Source of the DNA: Lepidodermella squamata
Taxonomy: Eukaryota > Animalia > Gastrotricha
Direction of reading: 5' to 3'
NCBI GenBank assembly: GCA_047495785.1
Contig: JBLDXI010000033.1
Coordinates: 1,922,001-1,986,000 of the forward strand
Length of the DNA stretch: 64,000 nucleotides
How positions within the stretch are numbered: the first letter of the stretch is position 1; every line of letters begins with the position of its first letter. The translations under genes and the position numbers were made by a program. The notes beneath the pieces were generated by a model. The model saw only the letters and a list, made by a program, of their open reading frames with translations, made no database searches and was not told where the DNA came from. Positions 25,601-37,240 of the stretch are shown here, piece by piece.

Positions 25601-28600
25601 TCTTTGAGTTCGAGTCGCCTCTAGTTTCGAGAGACGGGCTTCTTCAGCAGAAAGTCGTTCGATTTCCGCATTCAATTTACTGCCATCGTCTCGAGCAGTA
25701 GCAATCGACATTTCCAGCGATAGCTTCTGATTTTTCAAATTTTCAACTGTTGCTACTACGTCGTCCAAATCTTTTTGAGCAGCGTTCAACTTGACAGTGA
25801 CTTCTTGCATCTCATGGTCGTTGCCACCCAGGAGTTTGTCGCATTCCTCAAGGGCACGCCTGCAATTTTGATAGCCTTCGTAGAAACGCTGCCACTCAAT
25901 ATACTCCAGGTAGGGTTCGCAAAGCTCGCGATTCCCGCTATCAGCAATCGCGTCAAACCAGGCAGCGCAATCCAGGAGAAGTTGCTCCAGCTTAACGGGC
26001 GAGGAATCTGGGGACAGGAAAGACGTCAGCTCAGAGAATGACTTCCTCAGACTAGCAACAACGCTCGGTTCTATAATCAAGGGTTGCAGCTGGTTTGTGA
26101 TTTCAGAGAACAAATCTTGTTTTTGTTCAGCAACAGGCATTTCTGTCGACCCTTCGCTGGTCAGCTGTTCGATTTTCGCCGATTTTTCCCGCTCTTCAAT
26201 TTCTTTTTGCAAAAGAACATCACCAATGCCTTTGAGACGAGTCAGCAAATCTTCCTTGGTCTTAGCTCGAGCTATCTCTTTTTCTAGGCTGAGCAGAACT
26301 TCTTTCGCCTCTTCGTGCTGGATCTTAGCGGTCGATAGCTGATCTTCGGTATCGGCCAGCCTCAACTGTAGATCAGCCGGCAGTTTGGATTTCAGCTCTT
26401 TGAGACGCTGCTCCAACTTCGTTCGAGTCTCGAATGTACCCTCGTTGTGGCCCTTTCTTTCGATGCACTTCAGATGACAAGAACTGCACTTGTTGAGGCA
26501 CAGCGCGAATCTAGAACCAAGCCCTCGAATTTTTTCTTCAATTCCAGTCAGGAAATTTTTTCGCTCTTCCAGCGATAGGAGACGGTCCAAGGAGCTGGCT
26601 TCATTCACGGCGTATTGATTCAAGATTTCAATGCGTTGATTCACGTAGCCGACAAGCAATTCGTTGAAACAACTCCACGTTTCGTTGTAAAGAGCCTTGG
26701 AAACAATCGGTTCTCCGCTGCCAAAAAATCGAATTTTCAGCTCTTTGAAAATGGTTTCAAAGGCGATTTCTTCGGAGTGATCATTGGGGTATTGGAAGCA
26801 GATATCTAGTTGGCCAACGCAGATTTCTTCAACGCTGCCTGGTTTGGTGACACGCGTAGCAGCTTCGGTGCCAGTTTTGCTCATGTTACCCCAGGCTGAC
26901 AAAATTCGACCTTCAGCCTGAAGCATTTTGATCCGCTTGACGTGTTCATCGCCAGCTTGCTCGTCGTCTCGGTTGACTTGAAGCAGGACGATCTTCAGCG
27001 ACTGCAGCAAGGTCATAGCATCCGGCCAACGCCTTTCCGGAACTCTGAATTTAAGGCTGTAATCTTCGAAGAAAGACTGGCGAAGGTTGTCAACTTCGTT
27101 CAAGAACACGTCGCGATTCGTGTAGCTATTCAAGCACTGGCGAATAATAGCTCGACTGAACAGCCGTGTCAAAAACTGATGATCACCGCGTTGGTTGAGC
27201 TGGACAATGTTTCGTTCGAACTCTTCAGCGCTTCGCTCGTCGTCCTCGGAAGCCACGTCTCTAATGGCCATCAAAAGGAAGCCGCCAAAGTAGTTCCTCC
27301 CTTTCACTCGGTCGACAGTGCTGTTCAGATCAGCAAACAAACGATTCAAATGACGACTGAAGCTGAGATCTTGGTTCAAAATCGTGATATCGGAAACAGC
27401 AGAAAGGACCGTAAGCAACTTGACCTCTTCCAACTCGTTGCGACTGATGCTGAAAAGACCCTCGCAATCCAGGAGGACGAAATCGTGTTCAGAGTTGTCG
27501 TGATCGGAAATCAGTCGAGCGTAGCTGATCCAAATACCGTCAGTGCAACGAGTAGCTGCCACGCTGAACCTGGTTCCAAACAACCGGTTAAGCAGGTAGC
27601 TTTTTCCCGAAGATTGGCGGCCGATGATGCTGATGATTTTGATCGGACGGCCGTTGGCGAAGGTGGAAAGAACGCTCTCGAGATGGCCAAACGTGAGCCG
27701 ATCCGCAAGATTGGCGATATCCGAAATTACTTCAGCGTTATTGAACTGGTGGCGTTTACCGTCGATCAGCGGGATGACGTTGTTCTCTTCAATGGTACCT
27801 GTAAATTATTAAGATTATAGTTTCCAGATACCTCTCTCAAGGCCGCTAAGTTTCAATTTAGTGATAGTCACAAAAATGCAAGTTCAACCCGTATAGACCT
27901 GACCTTGGATCGAGTAGGGAAAATTATTCTCTCAATGGATGTAACTTTTTCGCCGAATCTAAGTAATTAAAACTGCTACACCCGATGATGTGTGTTTAGG
28001 ACAATATGGGTTGAATACATGAATACAACCAAAATTTACAGCTGAAGCTAATTTACCAAATTAAAACGGTTACCAAAGTACAGCAATTAATTTCAGGAAT
28101 GAGCAATGTGAAAACGTACAGATATGAAGAGGAACGCGCGACAGCAAAATTGACCGCAAGTGTTTGCTGTTGGATTCACAGCTGGCCCATTTTATCGTCA
28201 AGCTCTCCAGCAGCTCAGCAGAAACTCTGCCAGTTAATTTCGTAGAGAAAGTTCGAAGGTAAGACTGGAAGTTCTTGTCGAAAGTTTCGAGTCCGGAAAC
28301 TCCAACAGGTACGACTAGCTTGTAATCAACGATTTCCGGTGAGCCAATGAAACGAGCTTGAGGGCCGTACTTCGTAAAGCTGGCATAGACAATATCGATG
28401 ATAGGGTTCCCACGAAAAGCCTTCTTCGCATCCGCCGAATCATCATCCACATTCTGAAAAGATACGTCAGAACACAAGCCAGGGAAAATGAAACTGGTCG
28501 CAGTGGTTTGCTTCGACTCATTCGAGTTCAAAACGGAAATGTAAATGTTAGCGCTATCGGAGAACAGTTTCATCGCCTGTGAGCGATTGGCCTCGATCGA

Positions 28601-30922
28601 TCTCAGCTTCGAGCAGTTATCATCGTAAAAATCGACGAACGAATCGCTTCTCAAAATGAAAAACGAGTTGTTTTTCGAAACATGAACGCTTTTGTAGAGT
28701 TCCCCATTTTTAGCCATCAGCTTTTTCTTCTCGATTTTCTTACCAGTGTTCAACTTTGGACAGATTTCAGTGAATTCTTTCCTCGCAATATCAACGTGAT
28801 AGAGGTTGCCATACTCGGCCAACATCAGAGCATGTTGACGACTGGGTAGCAGCGCTGCTGAAATGATTCGCCCGCGAACTTGGCCGGGAATGCCTGCAGA
28901 TTGCTTCTCAGCTGGTTTGAAGCCATCATGCTGGGACATTTCGAAGATAGTAATCGCGTCATCGTTAGAAATCACGGCCATCGCAACAGAATCTGTCGAT
29001 TTGTCGCCGCAGTCGAAAGCGAAGGTCAACTTGTCAGTGGACCATGCTTTAACAGCTCGGATTTCTTCTTGCGAAACCGTTGCCATTATAGTTAGGCCGG
29101 GTAACTTCGTGCAGCGAAGAAAAACGATGAACAGTTTACCGCTCCACAGAGCCACGCAATTTAAGATCTTGATGCTTTCGATGTAGCCATCAGGGACCAC
29201 GCCATTGCTCTCACCTCTGTGACAAGAATCTCGCTTGATCGACTTTTGGTAGCTGGTAGGCAGCAATTTGAAAAACGTCTGAAAACAGAAAAATTGGTCG
29301 TTGTAGCTAAATAGAACGCTCGTTTATGAATTTTATGAATTTGATTAATTTCAATTCTCATTTCTATTTACTAGATTTCTCTTTGCAATGCTGAGGGAAA
29401 ATGGCCAAATCGAGTAAAAAATATATTCAAGTTAATGAATTGATGGTAGTAGTTGCTGATAAAAGCCGAATAAGTTTTTTACCTCCGCATTCAATTCAGA
29501 GCTCCAGCTCAAGGACGAGTACGTCACAGCTTCAAATTGACCATCGTTGCTCTGCACGACCTTCATAGCACATGGAGTTAATCGCACCGACGCGGACGGT
29601 CTCTTCGTTTCCCTCTCATTCGAAATTGCCGTTTTGCAGTCTGCCAACATCTTTTTCGCCGCTTCGCCAACCTGAAGGCCGGCAGCGTTAAGAGTTTGGT
29701 GAAAGCGATGTTCGTTCAGTTCGATGTAGACACTTTGTACGACTTCGTGATGGGGCATGTCCCAGGTGTTGCTGTTCACCAGCATAGATGCGGCTTTTTC
29801 GGCGAATTCTCGCAAAATGGCTTTAGAATTCCACTTCACGGTGTAGTTTTCAACGTCATAGGACTCCAAAACTGAATGCACGACATGATTACACAGAAAT
29901 TCTGTCAGCGACTGAATATGGACGCCGTCAATATAGCTTTCCCCGGAGAAGAAATTGATTGCTCTGCTTAAAACACTTTTCTTCTGACGAGCTGCAAATG
30001 AGTCTCGTGATTTCGACAAAACGAAACGAACATCGCTGGAGAATCGATCACAGATACCGCGAATTTTATCGATAAAACGCCGATGCTCGTATTGAATTGC
30101 TTGGCAGCTGTCGCTGGATAGAGACTCAGCAGCAGCTTTCAGGTCACCGCAGATATAGGAAAAATTCAAATTTCTGAACAGCACCGGAATAATTTTGATC
30201 ACAATTTCCTTGGCATCGAAACTTGACGCATTCTTCTTCTCGGACTGGAGCGCGGCGTGCAAGAAATATCGAGAGCAATTTTCGTTGAAAATCAAGCGAT
30301 TTGCAGCATCTTCACCCAATTCTCGAGTGAGCAGATCGAGCGTGGTTCTCAGGGGCAATTCAGCGATTTCCTGGACACTTTTGCAATCCTCCAAACGGTA
30401 CATAGCACGATTGTGAGCGGTTGATGAGAAAGGATTTTTCGGGCCAGGAGAAAACGTATCGATTACTGCAATATCTGGGCAAAGCAGAATTGTCGGAGCC
30501 AAGTCCTCTAGGTATCGAAACAGGGTCACTAAAATGTGCTCTTTGTTGAATGAGTTTTGCTGCCGAAGAAAATCGGGGTCGGCGACTAACATCAACAGCA
30601 GCTTGCTTCCCTTTACCGCTGCGAAGAAACCGCCGTATTTACCATCAGTGATTTCAGGCAAATTCAGTTCTTCTTCCTCGATGTCTTCATCTTCCTCCAT
30701 GCTCTCCTTCTCTCCATCGTTTTCTTCGCTGAGAAGTTTTCGAGCGGTTTCTGTGACAGAATTTCGATCTCCAAACAGAGCAGCGACTTTCAAATTCGGT
30801 AGAGAGCCGATTTCGCGTTGAAGTTGGTTCAAGTCGTGCAAATTCACGGCGACCTGCTCGAAAGAACTTTCAGCACCCGTGACAACCTCGCCGATGAACG
30901 GCCGGTATAAATGTAGCCTCAT
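22655..30922 (-). CDS. giant multidomain GTPase, copy B (~2,563 aa), tandem paralog of copy A
   Basis: Exons 30922-29483, 29278-28120, 27798-23950, 23898-22655; total 7692 nt in frame. Its three introns match copy A in position and phase. Same G1-G3 motifs, G4 AIRD. VWA motifs DVCFCFDATGSM, GGDGPEA, LDAPPHG. Confidence 0.88.
27883..28015. mobile_element. putative MITE in intron 2 of copy B
   Basis: Imperfect 18-bp terminal inverted repeats: ttcaacccgtatagacct (27883-27900) versus the reverse complement of aggacaatatgggttgaa (27998-28015), 15/18 match. The ends resemble piggyBac-type TTAA-CCC termini. Confidence 0.35.
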
Positions 30923-31189
30923 GTTTCTCTTACACTAAAATCATTAATGTCAACTAAAAATGGAAAATACATACAGCTGATTTCCTTATGAAATAAACTT
31001 CGAAGTTGAATTCGAAACGGACGAACATCGGACGACTTGAAATTGCTACCACCTTAATGAGATAACCAAGTTTGGCTATTGAGCTCTCCACCTTGGGGTG
31101 TTCAGTAAATAATTCAATATATAAAACGTTAGAAAGCATACAAATTTCCGATATAAGAAGCTATTACGAGCCGCTGCACAGCTGATATT

Positions 31190-31269
31190 ATGACTCATAC
31201 ACTGATTCTCATTGTTAAGGGTGATGGCTTTTTGCGGCACGCGCCATCGCGTATTTAAAGATGAGTCAT
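31190..31269. promoter_or_regulatory. two extended AP-1/bZIP sites upstream of GTPase copy B
   Basis: ATGACTCAT at 31190-31198 and ATGAGTCAT at 31261-31269, about 270-350 nt upstream of the ATG at 30922. Confidence 0.4.
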
Positions 31270-32425
31270 CCTTTTTCGTCCGACATTCGCGCCTTAGATC
31301 GGCGTGATCGAAACCTAACTGCTAGGTAGCTAGGAACTTCGTATGCAAGGAATAGCTTAAGAGGCATCTAGCTAATAGTTATCTTTCGATCACAGCCACC
31401 TACGAATGGGATTTTGAGCAATTATAAACGATTCAAACGCTTCAGCTCTTTGTAACCAAGTCAGGTGTCTTTAGCCCTTGTGATCCAAATCATTGATCTT
31501 CACTGTTTCTGAATCTTGCAGGATACATATCTTCTGAGCCGTTGGTTGGAGAAGGCTCACTTACTAATCCTTGATTGAATCTTCTACACTTCAGTTTCTA
31601 TTTGGCGGGAAATTCTCGGGAGCTTCTTAATAAATTTTCCCAGCTTGAAATCTCAGCAGCAAATGATTTGGTTAGTCAACTAAACATGAAAAAATCAGAA
31701 TAAAAAACGTCAAAATTGCGACAGCCTATTCAAACAGCTTTATTGTGACAAAACAAATTAGCCTGTTCGCAAAAACGATGAAACGAGAGAAGGTCGTACC
31801 ACGCTTTCTTTGCCTATGGTACAATATAATACGCGGAAAGAAGTTATCTCTTCGGATACAATAAGAATAATATAATAATATAATGTAGTAGTAATAACGT
31901 TATGACATCTGTAGTCGATTACAGTAGATGATTAGACGACACAGCAGACCGAGCCCAAAAAGAGTGAGACAGCGAAAAAATCGAACAGAAAGCGCAAAAG
32001 TTTCAATTTCACAAGTTTTTTATCAGTTAAAACCGAACGGCAAGGACTTGCGTTACGTATCGTTAAGCACATGGTTTTTCCTACCAGTCGCAGATAGAAG
32101 TCACAATTGCATGTTTTCAACAACAAGCAGTTTTGCCTATATAATAGAACACAACTTAAAACCCGCAATCTACTTGCGACTGGCGATTTGACACTTTTCG
32201 AATGATTGCAGAGATAGAACACACGAAGAAGAAAAGATAAATTGAAACCGAGTAACTTTTTAAGGCCAGAAACTTCGACTTGAAAGCCTCGTAAAGACAA
32301 TGATAATATATCTTTATTACACTATCCTAGGCCTTCAAGATCCGATTATATTTTTTCTATAAATTCGTAAACACAGGTTTTCTTCATTTAGATCGAACAT
32401 TTGTTGAGAAGCAATTGCTCGATGA

Positions 32426-34166
32426 TCACAGTTCGCCATGGTCGATAGTATCGGTCCAGAATGAATGATGTTCGATTGGCGGAGGCGGCACACTGCAAGC
32501 CGCCGGAGTCATGAAGTCCATTGCGTATTCGCAGCGATTAGGCTCAGAAACCGAGGTGATTTTGTTCTCGCCACCGCAGAGAATCTTCACGGTGATCGAT
32601 CGAGCCGGTCCATTCCAGCACGACTCGCCATGAGTATATGCTTGATAGGCGTGCTTATTGTCACCTTCCGCCCGCCACGCTTCAAATCGACCAAGATTTG
32701 TCTCGTGGTGGCCATGCTTCTGTTTCTGAGCAGCGCGGTCGAATGGGCACATCTTGTAAGTATACTCACGGTCATCCATCTCGAAACATTGGCCGCGAAG
32801 TGCGTAATACTCGCCGCTAGCACCGAAATCCGTGGCAGTAACGGAAACAAGGTCTGTGTACTCCCGATCAAGATCATCGTAGGCTTTACGAGCCTCCTCG
32901 TAAGTATTACGTGCCTGGGTGGTGAAAACGTGAAATCTTTACTAATTTAAGGAGGATTAATAAAACATACTTGATCTGCAGCTTCCATGAGTTTCTTTGT
33001 TTCCTCTGGGTATTCAGGCATTTTGAACTCTTCATCCTTCTTCTCTTCGTGGTGACGAGTATGATGAGGAGGACGAGTGAATTCGTTCATTCGCTCGTCG
33101 ATTTTCCTCTCCTCGTCTTCATCTTCCTCCTCCTCGCCGATAACAGTCGGTTCTGGCGCGGCTTCAGTTGTTGTCGAGGGTTCTGAGCCCGCTTTACGAT
33201 AGATTTCCTTGATATGAGGCCAGACTTTTTCGATGAAATGAGCGTGGTCAGCAGCACCGTCGGCTGGATCTTCCAGGTTCTCCCGAGCCTCGTCATCTGA
33301 AACAACACCGTCCCCATCAACGTCGAATTCAAGATGGGTTTGAATCTCTTGGAAAGTGATACGTCCATCCTTGTTTGTATCTAGATCTTCGAAAGCCTCC
33401 TCAGTCAAACGCTTCTGTTTTTCCTCTTCGAGGACCTTCTTCGTTTCCTCCCATTCTTTCTGGTGCTTGTCCTTCGCTTCACTTTCCAATTTCTCGACTT
33501 CCTCCTTCGTTTTCTGTAACCGCTGCTTCTCAGCATCAGCAGCCGCTCGTTCAGTTTCGATTTGCTTTAACCGCTCGCGTTTTTCGCCGATTTCGGTTTG
33601 ATATTTGGTGATGTAATCTTTGTACACTTGATGGCCTTGCTCCATGGTAGCCCGCTTCGCTTCGGCGGCTTCACGAGCAATTTTTCCGAGAGATTCGCAA
33701 GAGTTAGGACAGGGCGATGTGCCACCGGGTGTCAATTGCTCGTCACTGCCATCGCAGCAATCGCAAACACCGTCGTCGACGAACATTGAAGAGATATATT
33801 TTGGCCGAAAACCGACGTTAGGGCAGTAAAATTTTCCGTTGGGACAAGCAGAAGTGCCTAAGAATAAATTACAGGTTAATACAAGGGTTCCCATAAGTTC
33901 AAAAATATTCTAACCTGGTTCGTCGGAACCATCGGGACAGTCGCAGTAATCGTCATTAACATGTTCGAATGAGTAACTTTTAGACTTGTCAAAACACTGA
34001 AAAGGTTGGTCAGGCCTATATAGCGACAGTTCTGAAGAAAAACGTTTTCATCATTTGAAGATGATAATAATGATGCCAACTCACTTTGTTGAGCGACTCC
34101 TCGGGGTTTCAGCGATGCATTCGCATACGCTACTACAGCGAGCAACGTCAGTAATTTGAACTTCAT
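32426..34166 (-). CDS. PRKCSH: glucosidase II beta subunit
   Basis: Four exons. Signal peptide plus PRGV; [40 protein letters not shown]; EF-hands DTNKDGRIT and DVDGDGVVS; acidic tract; MRH domain EYTYKMCPF...CWNGPARS...EPNRCEY; C-terminal HGEL. Confidence 0.95.
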
Positions 34167-34569
34167 CGCGATAAAAATAAAAACACTAACGGACGAAAAA
34201 TCAAAGCAAATTGTTAAGAACTGTTTTACTTTTATAGCGCGAGCAATTCCATTTTAGCACTAAATACGTATTTGTTCTGCATGTAATCGTACTAGCATCA
34301 TTTGATGTGGATCAAGTAAGGTAGATCGTTATGACGTTTGTAACGCAAATCTGAGCAAAAAACCGATGACAAAAGGTAATGAGAACGAGTTTTGTAATAG
34401 TTTTCAAAATTTTGTTCGAGCTCACAAATATCTCGAAAGAAAAAAGAAAATACATATTAATTAGTAGGAATGATATTATAACGATATGCACCGTGAGTTA
34501 CGCGACAGAAGAAATATTCCACATTTAATTTTAATAATAATGTCTATGATTGCAGTAGGTCAGTACAAG

Positions 34570-35715
34570 TTAGCAGTTGTTTTCAGTTGAAACTGGCGCC
34601 GATTCCTCTCCATCTTCTTTCGGGGACTCCGAGCTCTCTCCGGTTTCCTCAGAAGGTTTGGATTCTTCAGATAGGTCACCTTTAGGCTCGGTCGATTGAG
34701 AATCTGACTCCTTGTGCTCCTCCTGTTCGACTGGCTTCTCAGAATCGTTCGATTGCTGTTCCTCAGGAGCAGTATCTGTTTTCGATTCAGAATCATGCTC
34801 CTCTTTCTTGTCCTCGGAGCTGATCTCATGGTGGCATTCCTCCTTATTGTCATGATGACTGTCCTCATCATGATGATCATCGCCAGCCAAATCTTGTTCC
34901 ATCTTGTCAATGTCATCAGGCTTCGGCGGCTCCACAGGGCTTGATGTGGGCTCGCCGGTGTTAACAGAAGATCCTTCCTTCAGCTTTTCCAACTTGTTAC
35001 GGAGCGCGAGAATAACCTGATCCTTGTGATGAATAACCTGATCTTTGTAAGCGTTTTGATCCTACATAACAAGATGTCATTTCACAGAACGATCCAAATA
35101 GTTCCAACAAACCTTAAGGTACAGCATGTGACCTTTCATCCGCATAATTTGCATTCGCAACTCCTTCTCAGTGTTCGATTCCTTGTCAGACTTGATGTTA
35201 GTATGAAGATTGCGATGCTTCAAATCGTTCTGTACATTCTGATCGCGGTACACAGCACCGTTGCGAAACTGACGGTTATTTGGGTTAAGGTTGTTATGAT
35301 TGTTGAAGTTGTTGTTCTGACCCTTAGGAGGCCCTGACTTGGGGCGATCTTCGTAGCTATCACTATGAGTCCGTGGTTTCCGCTGGCCTGGTGGAACCCG
35401 GGAATTAAACTGCTCACCACCTCGACCATTTCCATTGTGATTAATCCTATTATCATGCTTCGATTCCACATTACGGCCGTTGTTCACGTTGGGGCCATTG
35501 TTTTGACCATTGCTATGGCCATTGTTGTGACCGTTGTTGTTACGATTGTTAAAGGGAGCACCACGAGGTTTACGGTTGTCATTTGGAGCGTTGTATCGAG
35601 GCAAATCGTCATGGCGGCGCTTGTGTTCAGCATTGTTGCCATTCTTTTGATCCTTAGAAACACCTTCCAGCTCCTTAGCAGGAAAAGAGTCCCAGCAGAA
35701 CTCGGTAGACGCCAT
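34570..35715 (-). CDS. unknown ~364-aa disordered protein (Asn/Gly-rich N half, short coiled coil, acidic C half)
   Basis: Exons 35715-35113 and 35061-34570, joined in frame by a 51-nt GT-AG intron (…YLK|DQNAYKDQVI…). No family recognised. Confidence 0.7.
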
Positions 35716-35861
35716 TGCTTTACCAAATGTCAGATCAAATGTATAAAATACTAAAATGACAACATATCGTACATCAACTAAGATGCGGTGGCGTCTCAAC
35801 TTTATTAAAACGTCAATATTTTCTCCTCTACACAGCACCGACGACAAGAAACAATTTCCAT

Positions 35862-36119
35862 TTATCGCAGGCGCCTGGCTTCGCGCTCTGACTCGAGCAA
35901 AGTGAGGATATCACCTTCCCTAACCGGACCCTTGACATTGCGAATGATTGAGCGAGTTTCGTTCAGGATTGTGACGCGAACCTAAGAAGTCATTAAAGCA
36001 ATCAATTTGGTCATTAAACGACTTTTATCATTACAAACCTGAGTACATTGACCTTGAGAGCCAGTGCGGCCCAAAACCTTTTCAACGCGAGCCAAGAGGG
36101 GCTGAGCGGACTTGTCCAT
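35862..36119 (-). CDS. RPS28: 40S ribosomal protein S28 (eS28), 66 aa; missing from the ORF track
   Basis: Exons 36119-36039 and 35981-35862: [27 protein letters not shown]|[39 protein letters not shown]. Confidence 0.98.
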
Positions 36120-36215
36120 AATGGTTAGCTTTTAGATAAGCTCTACACCAAGACATAAGAAATATAGCAACATTCAGGTAATAAAGTGCAGAAAAATAAT
36201 TGATTGCCACCGAAT

Positions 36216-36231
36216 GAAAACAGAGGAAGAG
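36216..36231 (-). promoter_or_regulatory. TCT initiator / 5'TOP pyrimidine tract of RPS28
   Basis: Minus strand CTCTTCCTCTGTTTTC lies ~100 nt upstream of the RPS28 ATG and is followed by a probable 5'UTR intron. This is typical of animal ribosomal protein genes. Confidence 0.55.
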
Positions 36232-37240
36232 TAGCAATGAGCAATGAAAACCTCGAGCTTCCAGTTGAAAGGTTATTCTGAATAGACAGCCGATGTTATA
36301 GACACATAGCTATTGCTCGATTTTACAAGAAAACTGCAACTCAGCGGTCAGATATCGGAGAAGAGAAAATATCCGGTTAAGTTAAATGGTACGACAAGAT
36401 CGCTCCCCATGCGCCCTGGACTCTGACTGCAAATATTTTCACGAGAACTTATTGACTCGGAGGGGCTTTACGCGTTTTTCCTCTATGTTTGATAGCGAAA
36501 GAAAAAAGTTCGTAGTAATCTGACCAGTTAGACGGCTCACAAAAACATGCGAGAACTTCGTTAACGGGAACACTATTGATCATATCATTGTCTAAATGAG
36601 ATTTCAAAAGATGACCCGGTCAAACAGAATCTTTCGCTAAAACTACACCCGTCAAAGCCTTCCAACGTGGAAAAATCTTCTAACGACTTGCTCGGCGCGA
36701 CACGTCGCGCGGAGGTCAATAAAATTTCTCGAATATATATTGTGACATTTATTTTGATCAAATGATATAATCCTTCTTAGACTCACTCTTATACGCTTCT
36801 TCAAAATTTCTCTAGCTAATTGCGCATTAGTTTTTCGAATCTCCCGCGTTTACCCGGGCTGTCCGAAACGCTGAAAGTCTTGTTCTGGCAGAGCTTCAAG
36901 TGCACAGTGCTCTCTGCTCTCAAGTGCAGGGCATATTGGCTGTTGGCGGGTGTGTAAGAGTGCGTTACATGTTTCAACTAGATCTCTTGCGGGAATTCGA
37001 TTGACGCTGCTAGTTTGTGGCGTGCTGTGAACTTGTTCTTAACACAAGTATTTCGAATGTGTCTTCTCAACTTTTAATCTAAATAAGGAAGTGACGTCCT
37101 TTCTTGTTTTTATTTTTCTCCCGTTTCTCGCTGGTATTATTAACGCTAGTATTAACGCTGGATATTGACTTGATTCGTGCAATTTTTGTACAATGCGATT
37201 AATGTGTAATTGAATGCGACTCGGCGTAGGGATATTAACT

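Noticed and set aside
31440-31690. Coding-like minus-strand fragment (DFKLGKFIKKLPRISRQIETEV*...)
   Set aside because: Interrupted by stops and not assignable; it may be a decayed gene or transposon, but I cannot support that.
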